Assembly (NCBI GenBank): GCA_004022145.1 | Contig: RCNU01000012.1 | From: Paecilomyces variotii | Lineage: Eukaryota | Length of the DNA: 64,000 bases | Reading direction: 5' to 3' (one strand) | Shown: piece after piece, positions 26,084 to 39,902 of the stretch | How positions within the stretch are numbered: position 1 is the first letter of the stretch | Layout of the letters: each line of letters starts with the position of its first letter | Notes under the pieces: generated by a model | The model's input: the letters and a program-made list of their open reading frames with translations, nothing else | What the model was told of the DNA's origin: nothing | Databases searched by the model: none | Program-made: the position numbers and the translations under genes

Positions 26084-27758
26084 TTAGGTATCGATCCACT
26101 GGTCAAAGTCCTTGCCGACTTCACCGATGTTGGAGCCGTGACTAAGGTCCCAGATTTCGTGTCCATCTGGGAGGGCCTGCACAGATGGGTGGTAAGGGGC
26201 GTCGACAGTGTATTGCTGCTGTGGATTCGAGGTCACTCCCGTACTGAGAGGGAAATAACCATTGGCGCCACTATCGGCCTGCCAGAGAGTATACTGCGAG
26301 CAGTTGTAGGCTCCATTGCCACCCTCTGTTCCCCTGATGCCGTTGTCGAAGGCTAGCAACTGAGGATCCAGCTGACTGTCATCGGACTGGCCAGGCGTCG
26401 TGACGTTGGAGGGCGGCTGGAGTAGCTCATGATGCACAGCTCCCGGAAGACCCGAGAGCATGGTCGATGGGCTGTACTGGAACCCTGGAAGTCCCATCTT
26501 GCGGAATCGAACGTCTTCAACGTTAGGACCCATCATGCTTGGGTGAACGGACGGCTGCAGGTAGTGCATGTGCTCCGGAGGTGAAAGGATGCCGGCAATA
26601 GGTCGACCGGGGTTATTCATCTGCCACGAAGACCGGTTGGAGCCAGTGGGCCGAAGTGAGTCTCTATCATACGGAGTCGAACCGCGGCTGTAGCTGCTGT
26701 CGCAATCACCACTCCTTGCCCGCTTCCGTCCTTGCATCGAGTGAAGATCATAATCTGGATCACCAAGATCGCTAGGCTCTCTCTCCTCTAGAAAACGCTT
26801 CTTCTTGGGCGGCGTCTGGTTCTTGTTCGGTGTGAATTTGTACCCTGGATGAGCCTTCTGATGGTTGTCCCTCTCCAGCACTGCGAAAAGCTCGAACTTC
26901 TCTCTGACCTCTGGCGGCTCTAGAGGCCAGCTTTGACCAGATACTCTGGAAACCACTTGATGGTTGTTCTGCGAACACCACTCTTTGGTCCTGTCTGCGT
27001 ATGCAGAGCGGTAGAGCATGAAGGAGTTCATTGGTCTCCCGATCCTCCCAGCTTTCTGGGCCTCCTTGTGACGCACATCGGCAGGTCGGTTCACCCAGGC
27101 CTCCATGTCTTTGACTGGAATGTGTGTGAGATGCGCTGTTAGCTGGCTCAACGGGGCAGATATGACTGGGCTAGAGCTTTTGTCTGGCTTTTCCTGCTTA
27201 GGTCGACGTCTTGTCCTAGGTGGCCTGATGACTCTTGGTTTGTCGCTTACAGTCTTCCTAATAGGAAGAGGGGATCCAAGAGACGCGGTTGACCTTTCGC
27301 TCCTTGCCATAATGCCTTCATCGGCAGCTGGAGGAGGTGTGGTCATCTGGACTGGCCGCACAAAAGCCTATCGATAAATGTTAGTTGCACAGCTCGATTC
27401 ACATATACTGAGGTGAGTCTTACTGGATCGTGCATTGTCAACATCTGTGAACAGTTGTTCGACACATGGTAGCCGTTAAAAGAATCGTATCCATCCTTAT
27501 CTCGTTAGCACTTTGTTTTGATCTCTGCAATAACAAGTCATCTCCACTTACGAACGCAGCTGTACCGTCTGGATGAAACATCATACCATGTGCAGGTATT
27601 TCAGGGTGCATCACCTGGTTGCCAAAATGTTCATTGTGGCCATATGTATGCTGCTGAAGGATTGCACAAGGTCCTAGCTGACTTTGAGTGAACTGCTCAC
27701 TGTGCGTCGATTGCTGTGGCGACGGAGGAAGCCCGCCATTGATAGTTCCTGTGACCAT
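26084..27758 (-). CDS. Sequence-specific (MATA/SOX-class) HMG-box transcription factor. Exons 27758-27552, 27495-27424, 27367-26084
   Basis: RIGRPMNSFMLYRSAY...VSRVSGQSWPLEPPEVREKF...HQKAHPGYKFTP. Two phase-0 introns with branch points link the upstream exons. Confidence 0.9.
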
Positions 27759-30700
27759 CACGTTCGATGTCTAGGCTTGCAACAGGAGTGTGTGAGAAAA
27801 TAGAGGACTCTGCCCTTCGCAACTCTATCGATCGTCCAGACCCGCTTTATGGGAAGGCACTGGAAAATTGAGTGGCGGGGCTCGATTGACAATAGAGCTT
27901 TGCTCAATGATGACAATGTGAATGAATGGGGTATTGGTGTGTTGTGTGTTATTGTCCTTTTTCTATTCAGCTGGTCGTCCGGGGCAATAGAACCTGATGG
28001 CTGATTCCGAAAAGGAAGACACCGATGCGTATGAACACCGTTTCTCGAGTGGCTTGCAATTGAAAATAAGCCAGAGGAAGATACCGATTCGGTTTCTCCC
28101 TTCTGAAAGATGATCGTCCCGTCCTCAATCAACCAAAAAGCGAAGTTAGGAAACGGAGATTGCGCGGACCGTTGTCGACTTCCCAACATAGGTCTGCAGC
28201 TATCAACAAGGAACTGTCCCTTGATATATCCAAAGACTGATCTGCAGAAGATATGTAAGAGAGAAGATATCAGAAGAGATATTAAAGGGATATCGCACTG
28301 CTTATGACCAAAATAATGCGGGGACTGAATCTAGATCCGGATGTAGGAAGATACCGAAAACTGGATCCGGGGGCGACCTGGCGGCGGCAGTGCGATCAGG
28401 CAGTGCCAGCAATCAGGCTCTTGGTGTCCAAATGCAGGTACTGGCGGGGAGATGTCTCATGGAACTCTTTGTCATGAGATTGGCGACTGTATGCCAGAAC
28501 CCCAACGCTGAAGGTTAAGCTTTCAAATGGATGAAGGCTCTTTGTACTAGTCAACAGATTGCTATACTGGGAACGCGACAAGGACGGTTCTTCAGCTTCA
28601 GATGCTACAGTTTTGGCTGCTTGCGGCGGTGGACGTTCCCTGATATAGTTCACTGGACAGCAGTTGACCCGGTCAGGAGACGATGAGAAGCGATCTGAAG
28701 CCCCACAGAATGGCTACTGCCCCGTATGAAAAGAAGATCGGACGGTTGGGAAAAAGGTACAAGTTGATGTGTGTCGAAATGATATGCACCAGACTCCTAT
28801 TTACCTACTTTTATGCAGTTGCCACGAGTAGTCCGTGGTTGTGTCCAGCCCAGGCAGGCGATGCTTGGCTCACTCTAACCCAACAGTGCTGATCCAAAAG
28901 GATTGGACCATAATTGAAGAGAGGGGTGCCATAGGGCGATGCCTTCTGGGATGCAAACGATAGGTAGCAGTCCGTCAAGACGCCGGTTCTAGCGGCTACG
29001 TAGGGTGAACAAACAAGGCCCCATGAGAGAGGCTTCTTGGGGATCTGACTGACCCTGCAAAACATCCCAATCGACCAGCAGGGGAATGCTTGTCGCAGAG
29101 GAGAAATATGGATACAATGCAGGAAAGCTCGCAAACGCCCAGGTACATTTCCATGGGACATCTTTGGGAGTGCGACCTGGGATGGGAATGGAGCCGCCAG
29201 CAGATCCCCTGTCGACACTAGTTAGTTCACGAACTGGAGCCGTCCGTACTTTTCGCTCTTACTACAATGTATCTAGGCGCCCACCAAATACCGATCTCCT
29301 CTCCACTATTACCAGGTGCCATACTATGGGCCCGATCAATACATGCTTAGTTCTACGCGGGCTGGTGAGAATTGAACCTAGATAGATACGAGACAGCACT
29401 CAGTCAGGTCCGGTGAAGACAGCATTCATGGGAGCTAGGCCAGCCCGGAGTCGAATTATCCGTCCTGCAGATTATGATGCGAAATATGCTCCCCAGTCCC
29501 TGTCAGGAAATATCTTCATTGGTCATTCGAACCGTCTTATTTTTGAGCCCAAGCCACACCGCTGTCGAGTCTTTCCCTTACCTCTTATCCTTCAAGTTCT
29601 CTGTCAGCGTCTAGGTTGGTCCTACCATGCCTGCCCTGTCTCTTCAGAAGCGATACGCGGGAAGGGCTCCAGTGAGATCGTGTAGATCTTCATGGTGATA
29701 TTCTTCCAGGGGAGGCGACATTATGATCTTATCACGTGTGGGCGCTGTCCGTATGCAGCAAATACACACAGAGGTCAGAGAAGCCAGACCGCGGCTAATT
29801 CTTCTTAATAGGCTCAAATCGCGAACAGTATCTTTCCCTTACAGTGACCCCAGAGATTACGAGCTATCATGAAAGTGTCCTGATATCGCTGATGATTTCT
29901 AGTAGTACCCGTTATTGGTATATGCAGCACTCATGCTCAGGGGTACTGTGGTGGACTCCGTGAAGGAACCAACGTGCGAGGGATGATGCGATCTGCTGCC
30001 ATTGGCGCGAACACCCCCGGGCTTGTTAGATTTTCCGCGGCTCCATTGGTTTGATTCCTTGTTTATTACCAAATGGTATCGCCATTACTAAGCTCTCTGG
30101 TTCTTAGTTAGTGTTGCTGATGGACTGCGCCGCATACAAATATCGGCAGGGATGAGCGGCTGGATTATGGGCCTAAAATGATCGCTCTTCACGATGACGG
30201 GCCAGTCGCACGATTTCTTATCTAAAGATATACGTTGGAGAGAGGGGTAAGGGTATCCAATCATTCGGCCGTACTGAATATGGGGCTTGATATGATGCGT
30301 GAGAAGCTTACTTGGCGCGAGTTCGAATGCTAACGGCTAAGCCAGGATCTATAAACGGCATGGACCAAGTTAGGAGCATCAATGATCTGCCGGCTCGCAA
30401 CCTTCAGCAAGGGTCTAGCCTAGTGACTCTTCGGGGTCACATTGGGATTTCTCCGACTGAATGTATGATAGTTAGTTGACGTCTTGGCCAGTATATCATA
30501 TGGCGGATGATCTACCAACTCCAGACCCTGCTCTTTTGCTATTTTTTCCCTAGCGCCCCTCTAAACGCTGCGGAAGATCATGGACTACCGCAGGGGCTGT
30601 ATGCCACAGGTACCTCGATCCACTTGGTTCATCATCATTTCAGGATAGTGTTGGAGATATTTTTACATTTGAAAGAGAAAATAATGGCCGGGCCGAGCAG

Positions 30701-33700
30701 CTGGATGGCTTAACTATAAGCGGCGAAAAAAGCATCAGCTGTTTCAGACTGCTGCTTACCCGGCGCCAGAGAGATATCGTCGAATTGAACTTAATATCCA
30801 TGACCTCGACAGTGCAATTGAAGTGAGAAATAAATCATCTGCTGGGTACATGGCGGAAGTAAAACGCCACGGGCTTAAGAGGAAGTTCTGGTATGTGGAG
30901 AAAATATGGAACTTGCAGCTGCGTGGTAGGGGTCAGTTAACTAGCAGTCCTGGAACCCAAGTCGGAAAGCCGGCTCCTATGAGATTGCAGATCCCCAATC
31001 TCAGACGATTTGCACCCCCGGCTGATCCCATCTGGGGGATCACTGTTTCAAGTTCTCCGGAGATCGAACGATCCTTTGTCACCGGTTCGTTTCAGTCCCA
31101 TAACCAGCCTTGCGATCCGAATCCGAGATGATACTTAATTTAAACTCCGTGATTGCGCACGGGACCGCTCAGGACGGAGTCGAGAACAGGTGATTAGCAT
31201 TTTGAGAACGACCTGGCTTGGAGGACCACCAGGTGAGTGTCTCTGGCTGTATGGTGCCAAGACGTTTGTGTGATACCTCCAGAAAGGAAAGGGATTACGG
31301 AGTATTATTAACTAGAGTACTTCGGCTAAGGGTCATCGGTGGTCCCGCACATGCTGAACGCAGATCAACCGAGTGATCGACCGTAGTGTGGTTCTCCAGA
31401 TCACGATGTATATCTAGAGTACTATCCACAATGATCCCTTAGGCGAGATCTGATCTACAGGAAAAAGTTGACACCTTCTCTTTCAATGGGCTTGGGGACA
31501 CATTGGCCGGACTTCAGTCTAGTCACCTCGTATTAACTAATACTTAGGATCACGGCCAGGGACTGTTCTAATTATTTTCGTCGTCGCATAGACCTCGAAG
31601 CGAACTAACCATGGTCTAATCTGCACATCTGACTAGGGTGATTTCCACCTTTGGCGAGAACCCCTATACATATTATGCTGAACTATTGTGCCGGCCGGCC
31701 CGTCATCAGTGCTCTCTGGACGTCGATATACGCAGCCCTCGAGTGGTACGCAAGGAAGACTACATGTTACTAAATGATATCCCCTATCATAGTAGATATC
31801 ACTGCAGTGTCACTGTCACGCAAGCTATCACGAACTCCTCTGCGGTTCTCAGACCATGACTGACATGAAAAGCAGTTTAGTGTATGAATTGCCCCGACGC
31901 ATAGACATGGATGTCAATTTGCACTGAAGGTTGCCTAGAAAAGGGACACACAAGCGCGGAATAATAATCTCTCGCTCTAAGCAAGTCAGTCTACCCCAAC
32001 AGCGCTAATTTCAGAGCACTTATCAGTGATAGCTCAACGTGGAAATTAACTTTAAATGAGTTAGCCGAGCTCCGCTGTCCGAGCATCAACCGCTGATCAA
32101 CTCGCGTGGACCCTGTGCGCTAGAACCTGTCAGCACGACTCAACACAGCCTGGGCGATTCTATCCAAAAACCGTCCGAATTTAACCGGATAGGCATCGCG
32201 AAGCTCAAAATGTACGTGTTTCTTTCCCCCCTGCAGACGGTGCTAATAGCCTAGAGGCCTTAGTCGTCCTATTATTACTACCTATCTACAGCACTTTTGG
32301 AACCCGTTTAACGAGCTGATTAGGATGCAGTCGCTTCTCTCCCCCCAAGCGCTGATCTTGATTCCCGTCTATTGATTATTCGTGATGCAGCACATGCTCG
32401 AAAAAAAAAAAAAAAATACACTCAGGATTTGGTGCCATATGAACGCTAGAATACTTCACGTGTCGATCATACCACTCCATCTTTGGGGCTGGTTAAGAAC
32501 CAACGGTAAATCTATATTTCCTAGTCTGTTTTCCTTGGCGCCGTACCAACGCTTCCCTGCTTATAGTATCCCTGTTGACCAGTGTCCCATTGGTTATATT
32601 TGGCCACATGCGCTCGGCCCTCTTGTTTAAGGGACACTGGCAGACGCATCCGTGCGTGAAGACTCACCGATCATGGACAAGGTTAGTCTAGGGAGTACGT
32701 CCATGGGGACAAGTTGATAGGTTACTTACTCTCTTCGACGGCGCTTGGATATTGCTTACGCACTGAGAGGACTCAGAGGAGCCATCTCATAGCTCCAGAA
32801 CATTTAGCGCAGCTCTTGCGAAGCGCGTAACTAATAGTAGATAGCTGAAAAATCGGTATCGACCCCGACGCTGAGATCGAGCAAACCCCTCAGGCAAAAG
32901 ATGAGCCGAAAGCAGAGCGGCTCGAGCAAGTCTCTGGTGCGGCTTGATACAGGTGGTTAACAAACTCTTGCGTCTCTAAGACGATGATCATCCCGCCATC
33001 CGCTTCCTACACGGGATAGACGGGTGCACGCCAGAATAGAAGGTTCAAGTATCCCTGCTGGGATCTAATGATGGCGAGGTCATAGCAAAGCCAGACCCAG
33101 AGAGGCACTTCTAGCCATGGAGCTCACAGGGGGGCCGAGGAGCAATGACGTTTGGTGCACGATGCCACTAGGTCTACTCCGTACTATTTTGGAAGGCCTG
33201 GTTCGACCTCAGGAACGAACATTTAAGACGAAGCAACAATTGCCCTACCGCACCGTTGGGATAATCAAGGTCCGGCAGGCTGGTTGACTCGGCCTGCGGG
33301 AGTGATCGCCGCCTGGTCCGGAATCAGACACGTCAACGTCGGCTTCTTGGGATTGCTGTCTGCCAATCCCCCTCGATCACAGCTGCGGGGTGTGTATTAC
33401 AGGGAAGGCATGGAAGGGGAGTACAATATCATTCGGAACATCCAAATTTGACAGAGCCCGCTTGTCATGTTGCTTAAGCGCCCCCTTTCGGTGCATGGCG
33501 GAAGATCACGCAGCGATGGGCATGAGAAGTGCCAAAAACGACCCTAGCACGGAGTCGTGCTTGTTTCCGGGTAATCCATGTGATGTCCATGCTGTATACG
33601 AGAAACGATGGACTCGTGAACGGAGCACTTGGTGAACACTCTACCTACCTACCTCTCTGCGCTCCGGGTAAGTTGCTATGACAAGCGAAGAAATTAATAT

Positions 33701-35218
33701 CAGTTGAGACGCACACACAGTACTTTTGCAAACTTGAGCACCAAAACCAGTATGAAAATGGCCACTCCATCACTACTGACTACCAGATGAGCCCTCTCAC
33801 TCCCAACGTCAAACCTACAGACTCCGCGCCCAGTTGCAGGTTCAGCAACCATTTGTGGCACCCTCTATATCCCATTTAGGCAGTTCTCGTCCCCCTCCCT
33901 ATTTCACGCACCAGCGCGCGGGCGGTAACACAATCGAGGCGCGAACCCCGGCCAGTTCCTATTGAAACCGTGCATAAGAGTGGCCAACCGATAGTTACAC
34001 CGATCTATCATGAAGGGAGAACAAATGCCTGTCCGTTCCATACTTAGCCTGGCGCTTCTCTCGGTAGCCGAGGACAATCACCATTTGGAAGTTCTTTTCT
34101 TTGCCTTCTTGTTCTTTTTTAGAACAATCCATTTGTCATTCTCTTATCACGCCGAAGCGGAAGGGGGTATCCCGGGAAGGCATCTCCCAGGGAAAAATTT
34201 AAAGTTCTATCACTGGCTTTCCTGTGCGTTTCTCATCGTGGGATTCCAAATATTATTCATTCGTACATTTACATACCCCATACATCCCTGTTGACTTGTA
34301 CGTTCGAGAATCGCAGTTAGGATGCGGTGAGGGCTCTTTTCTGCAATCTGCGATGCATCGTTCTGAGAAGGACCGTCACACTGTACGTGGTGAACCGTAC
34401 TTTACAGCTCCGCCTGCTTTCCACTTCGTGAATCAAATCCCTTATCTGCCATCGAACAAGATACGACTGAGAAACCTACGATCTACATCTATCTCTCAGC
34501 GTTGGTTGACTGTGCCATGCGTATAGTACAGTACTTTAGTTAGCACATCAGAGTAGTTACGCGCCCAATGAATAAGGCGCGAAGGAGAATCAATCAATCA
34601 CCAACAGATATAATTCCAAATAAAATGTCATGTACTTCAGGAATATACAGACGTACGTAGATTACCTAACTATCCCCAATAACTAGTTAGTTGGTTATAC
34701 CCCTCGATTACACAATACATCTAAAACATTCGGAAACCCACCTTAATCCGGAAATAAGGGTCTTCGAACCCCTCCTTATTATCCCTCTCTTACTCGCATA
34801 AAATATCATCATGATCACCAAGCGCTAAGTAGACAATATAACACCCCACATATGTTATCTGCAAGTACCCTTCATTCACCACGGCCGAAAGCAAACGGGA
34901 AAGCTTTCATAATCGTAACTTTCCCCCGCTCAGACTCAAACTCAAAGAAGTCTCATGCGAGCAGCCGGCTACTCCTAATTTCACTTCCCTTCTCTCAATG
35001 GTCAATAATAATCCCTAGTATACGTCACTAGAAGTAGCAGTAGTATAGCTAAGATGCATGGGTCAAACTCGAGCCAGCCAGCCCGTAGCAAACAATCTGC
35101 ATTGTTCTAGAGCTGCCTCCTTGGGATTAAGGCAAAAAGCTTAGACTTATTGAACGATTAGTTATGTGCAGACTTGAAGGTTTCTGATGTGCAGATCCGT
35201 GAAGATAATGATAATGTA

Positions 35219-35271
35219 TTGTATGTACATACATACATACGTACATACGTACAATGTGTATGTATGTATGT
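35219..35271. repeat. (TACA)n/(TGTA)n inverted microsatellite
   Basis: catacatacatac...gtatgtatgtatg, self-complementary. Confidence 0.75.
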
Positions 35272-35629
35272 GCCCGGTTTCGAGTACGTACGTTATTCCT
35301 CGTAGAGAGAAAACATAGAGTAACTATCAAGTCCGATGGATTAACGACTACCCTCCGATACAACTTGATCTCGTAAAGTGAGGGCATCAGAACGATAATA
35401 TATAATTCTGGATGCTCTCGCTTTCTCGAGGCCTCGATAGTATTATTCTCGAGACTCTATTATTATAGCGCTCGATATCGACCAAAAATATATAACTATT
35501 ATTTTTCACTCCACCACTAAGAGAATAGAAAAGCTCTACCTTTTTTATTCACTGTACTCATTGAGAATATCAAAATAGATAGATACGAACTGAAGGGGGA
35601 AAAAAAAAAAGAAAAAGATATTATCCAAC

Positions 35630-35720
35630 TCCCCCGAGCCGGAATCGAGCCGGCGACCTTTCGGTAACAATGGAAAATCCTATTACAGCCGAACGCCATA
35701 TCCAACTAGACCATCGGGGG
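35630..35720 (-). tRNA. tRNA-Tyr(GTA) with a 17-nt intron (35666-35682) and a variant T-loop (C54)
   Basis: CCCCCGA/TCGGGGG acceptor stem, TTCGG-CTGTAA..A-CCGAA anticodon arm, T-arm GCCGG-CTCGATT-CCGGC and a downstream oligo-T. Confidence 0.9.
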
Positions 35721-36532
35721 TTTTCGGGATGGCCGATCGGACGGGTTTTCGTCTCAACAGTGTAATGAATACGAAATACACTGTTTATTGATGCGATGCG
35801 ATGCGATAACTAATTGGCCTGTTTGCATGTCGCATCGTGGGGTAATTCGAATCTTCGAATTCTATGCAAGTAGAATACATTGGAAAGTGCTTTCCCAAGG
35901 CCACGCTTGTCTATGAGATGGCTGCATTCTCGATCGACGTGTGGGATAGCTTTCGAGTGAACGCGCCAGGCGGCGTATAACTATCATAATCTTGAGAGTT
36001 TCTCTTTCCTCATTTCACAATACAGGACATTTATTTCCAGCTTATCCTCAAAGAACGACGGAGAAGTGTGTCTCTCGTTCAATGACTCGAAATTCTATTG
36101 TACAAAATGATCTTTGGGACGTACAAGACTCAGTGTTAAATACATGATGCGATCCCTTTCATCTTCATTGCCATGACCTGAGACGGAACCCGTCCATCAC
36201 CAACGTTAACTCAAGTTTGAGAAGCAAAAGCAAAGAATACAAGCTGATCCCCTTTGACATTAGAAGTGAAATCTTGCCCAGCGAAATATATCCGAACTGG
36301 GCCCATCACAGGGTGCCCCAGCAGGAATAGCCACTTTTTTTCTTTTCTTTCTGGTGCGTGTACACCATGTGTTTTCCAATTGAAACATACCAAGCAAAGC
36401 CCATCCACTCAAGAGATGCCAGAAAGTCTATGACTCGAACACCACCAATGTCTATCAAAAACACGACGCGCGTGTTTCACACTCCAGACTGCGCCGAAAG
36501 GAAAATTTGGGGCCAGAAGAAAGCACAGCTGC

Positions 36533-39402
36533 TTATTGACGGTTAGGGTTTCCCGTTTGCTGGCCACTAGGCGCCTGCGCCTGTGCCATCATCTCATTCT
36601 CTCTCTGTCGCCTTTCTTCCTGCTCCGGTGTCATACACTTCACTGGCGGAGGAATTGGTGCATCAGCGGAGCTCCGGCCCATCAGCTTAGGGCTTGGTTC
36701 AAGTCGTTGAATCGGAGGCAAAACAGATGCAGCCCCCATGCCGCCAGATGTCATCGGCCGCGGAGAATGCTTCGTAGGGCTGAGACCGGACAAATGAATG
36801 CCCTGGGCGCCTTGAGGAGGTGGTGGCGTGTGAGAGAAAGAATTTCCAGCAGTAGGTGTGGCGGCGGAGAATGATGGAGGACGGCTATGGCCTGAAGAAG
36901 ACGCGACAAAGCTAGCACTGCTTGGACGCGGTGTCTGCTGTTGTCCGAAAGGCGTAGAAGAGACTGCCATGTTTGGATGCGCAGGAGACGGAAAACCCGC
37001 AAGAGGACCAACATCGCGATTTCCCTGAGTCGGAGACATAGGTGGCCGGTTCTGAATTGGTGAGGGGAAGGAGTGGCTCTGAGTGGAGTGAGAGGAAGAG
37101 GGCCGAGGAGAGTTGAATGAGCCTCTGTTCAAATGAGCATGTGGAGTAGGCGGCGCAGTGTAGTTTGCCTGCTGGACAGGGTGTGGAGGAGGGTGGCCAA
37201 GAGTAAATTTAGGTAGATGATTCACCGGTGACATTCCAGTGCCGTTGAGATTCTTTGACGGGGAGAAAGGAGGTCGAAGATGACCATCCGAGCCGAAACT
37301 TCCATTCATAAAAGACAGCGAACGTCGTTCAGGTGAGGAAGGAGCGGGAGCGGTTTGGACCGATTCTTGAGCGCCATCTGTCTGTCTGAAAAGCTGCTGC
37401 GGAGGCAATTGCTCAACTATTGGCTTGTTGTCGGTATTCTGAGCCTGTGCAGATGCACCGTGGCCAACTTCTTCGGATGGGCGAGGGACGGAGACATGTT
37501 TGAGCTTGTTCGGTGTAGGAGAGGCATCGCCGTCCACGCTCGTCGGCTTCTCCCCATTGACAGCGTCGGTGGACTGCGGCGGTGAAGAAGAACCTCCAAC
37601 GCGAAATTTGAGAGGCGGAAGCTTCGGACGTTTCGCTTCTTCCTCGTGGCGCTTGCAATCCTCACACACGAAGTGGAAGTCCTCCTTCTCCGCTTCTGCC
37701 TGAGGGATCCCTAGGCACTTGCTGTGCTGCCAGACATTGCACCTCTCGCATGCGACACTGTGAGAGCCATCATCCTGTCCCAGTGTCAGGAGTATCCACA
37801 CGTAATCTGTAGGAGGGCCTTACCAAGTTCTTGCCATGGACACCGCAGCCGGAACAGTCAAAGACCCATTGATCTTCCTGCGCGAGCTCCTCCAGACTCT
37901 TCTTGCGCTTTTCCATCTCCGCTTTGAGATGTCTCTCAGACACTCTGCCCTCGCCGTTTTCAATCTTCTTTTGCTCCTCCGCCATCTTCCTGAGCTCCTC
38001 TTCGTGAAGGATCCGCTTCTGCTCCCGGTCCCTGATGCGTTGCTCCCGCGTCATCATACGTGACCGTCTCTCTTCTTCCATCTTCTTCTGTTGTTCCTGC
38101 GCCTTGCGAGCGGCAGCTAATTCCGCTTCACGCTTCCGTGCAGCCTCTGCCTCTTCTCTCTCGCGCTGCTCTCGCTCCTGCTTCTCGGCCAGACGGCCTG
38201 ACCGCTTCGCTCCAGCAAGCAACTGCATGTTGAAGAGCTCTTTCTCGCGTTTGGCAATCTTCCGCTGCTGCGACTCTTCGATCTTTTCGAGTACCGGAAA
38301 GACGTCCTCCAGCAGTCTATCTCTGAGAATCTGCTCATTGGGATCTTTTGTCTTCCGAATTGTATCGACAAACGCCTGATATTCAGCGAGAGTAACAGCA
38401 ATGCATTCCCATTTCAGACCGCCGGACGTGTCTTCCGCCTGGTTTTCATCGGCATCGTCCTTTTCTTCCTCATTCTCTTCGGAGACTCTCCTCCGTTTGG
38501 CAGCCCTGGCAGCAGCTCTCGCCTTTCTGGTATTTGCCTTGGGCTTGGCCGTTTTAGGTGCTGGGATAGGAGGGTCGGTACGACGGTACAGACGATTATC
38601 GTCTAGAACGTAGTATAGACGGTCTTCACGATCGTATCCTAGTTCTTCTATACGCTGTGGACAGAGTCAGAAGGCGGACACTCTAGTAACTGTCGTGAGG
38701 AGCTTACCCATTGTGTCTGTTCAGTCTCTCTCTGCTCCGGCATCTTTTCCCGGATGCGATCTGGGTTCCAGAACGTCCACACGGACAGCTGATGTAGGAC
38801 ACGCAGCTTCAGGAAGACATCGAAATCATTGAACTTCTTTGGCTCTTCTTCATATCCGAAAGGGTTTTTCAGATGAGGCGCCTTCGCGTTGTACTGACGC
38901 CGGGTATATTCGTCAAAATTGTCGCGCCTGTAGCTCATCGCCCCATTAGTACTGTTATCCACCACAGTCTCCTACCGCGATGTTGAATACGTACGTGAGT
39001 CCACGATGCGACGAAACGAACTTGAGCAGCGACAGCCCGATGTCGAGAAGCTTCTCCGAAGGGCCGGGTTTGAGGCATTCGGTCTCGAGATCCTGCGACC
39101 GGGGTAACACATTAGATCCAGCTCTCCACCAGGCACGTAGGTGATAAGAAGCGCATTGCATTGTAGTAGAAAGGAGGGCCTTCAGATAACACACGCGTTT
39201 CCGCAAATGACAGGATGAATTGGTGACATACCTCGATACCGAACTCTTCATCGATCTTGACGACCTTTCCGAAAATGTAGATATACTGCATGAGATTGGC
39301 AAACTCCCAGCAGTTCCGCAGGCGCGCGAGCAAGCCTGGCTCCTTGGGTTGCTGCTCGGACTCAGCCTCCACTTCGGAGTGGGCACGCTTTCGCGACACC
39401 AT
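36533..39402 (-). CDS. PHD-finger chromatin protein with a DDT/WHIM-like N-terminus (ISWI-accessory/RSF1-like). Exons 39402-39232, 39092-38995, 38927-38708, 38654-37824, 37774-36533
   Basis: PHD: FDCSGCGVHGKNL|DDGSHSVACERCNVWQHSKCLGI...FHFVCEDC. N-terminal LRNCWEFANLMQYIYIF, WRIEELGYDREDRLYYVLDDNRLY and KWECIAVTL resemble DDT/WHIM motifs (by eye). Four introns restore the frame. Confidence 0.85.
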
Positions 39403-39859
39403 GGCGGCGGAAGTAGAGCGTCAGGCGCGGCGCCGCAGGGATGGTTCCCTCAACTTTTTTTTCCCTTTTCTCTTGCGGATGGTGTGGCCTTCAAGGAGCG
39501 GATACGATGGGGGATGGACTGAGTCAAAAGGAGTGAAGAATGACAGACAGACCCGCGAGGGACCAAAGGTGAGCTGGTTGTGGGAGAGAAAGTGGCAGCG
39601 CCAGAGAAGGGAGATCGCGGAGGACGTGTGGTTAGCTTCGTGCCTCGCTGGATGAGCTCACAGAGTAGACAGAGTCGAGAAGTCGCGTTCTGCCGCCCTA
39701 GACCGCGTCCGGTTAGTTTGGCCAGTCCATGATTATTTCGAAGTATACACAACTTCAACTTGCCTGCTCGCCGTCCCCATCCCGTTTTCTCTTCCCCATC
39801 TCCCTCTCTCTTCCCCTCTCACCCCCCAAAAGTCTCTCTGGCTGTGTGTTTTTCTCCCT

Positions 39860-39862
<3 letters not shown>

Positions 39863-39902
<40 letters not shown>
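39863..39902 (+). repeat. Poly-T tract (40 nt)
   Basis: Homopolymer read directly. Confidence 0.9.

Noticed and set aside
26084-27758. HMG-box gene as mating-type MAT1-2-1
   Set aside because: The HMG box lacks the intron typical of MAT1-2-1, and the APN2/SLA2 flanking genes are absent.
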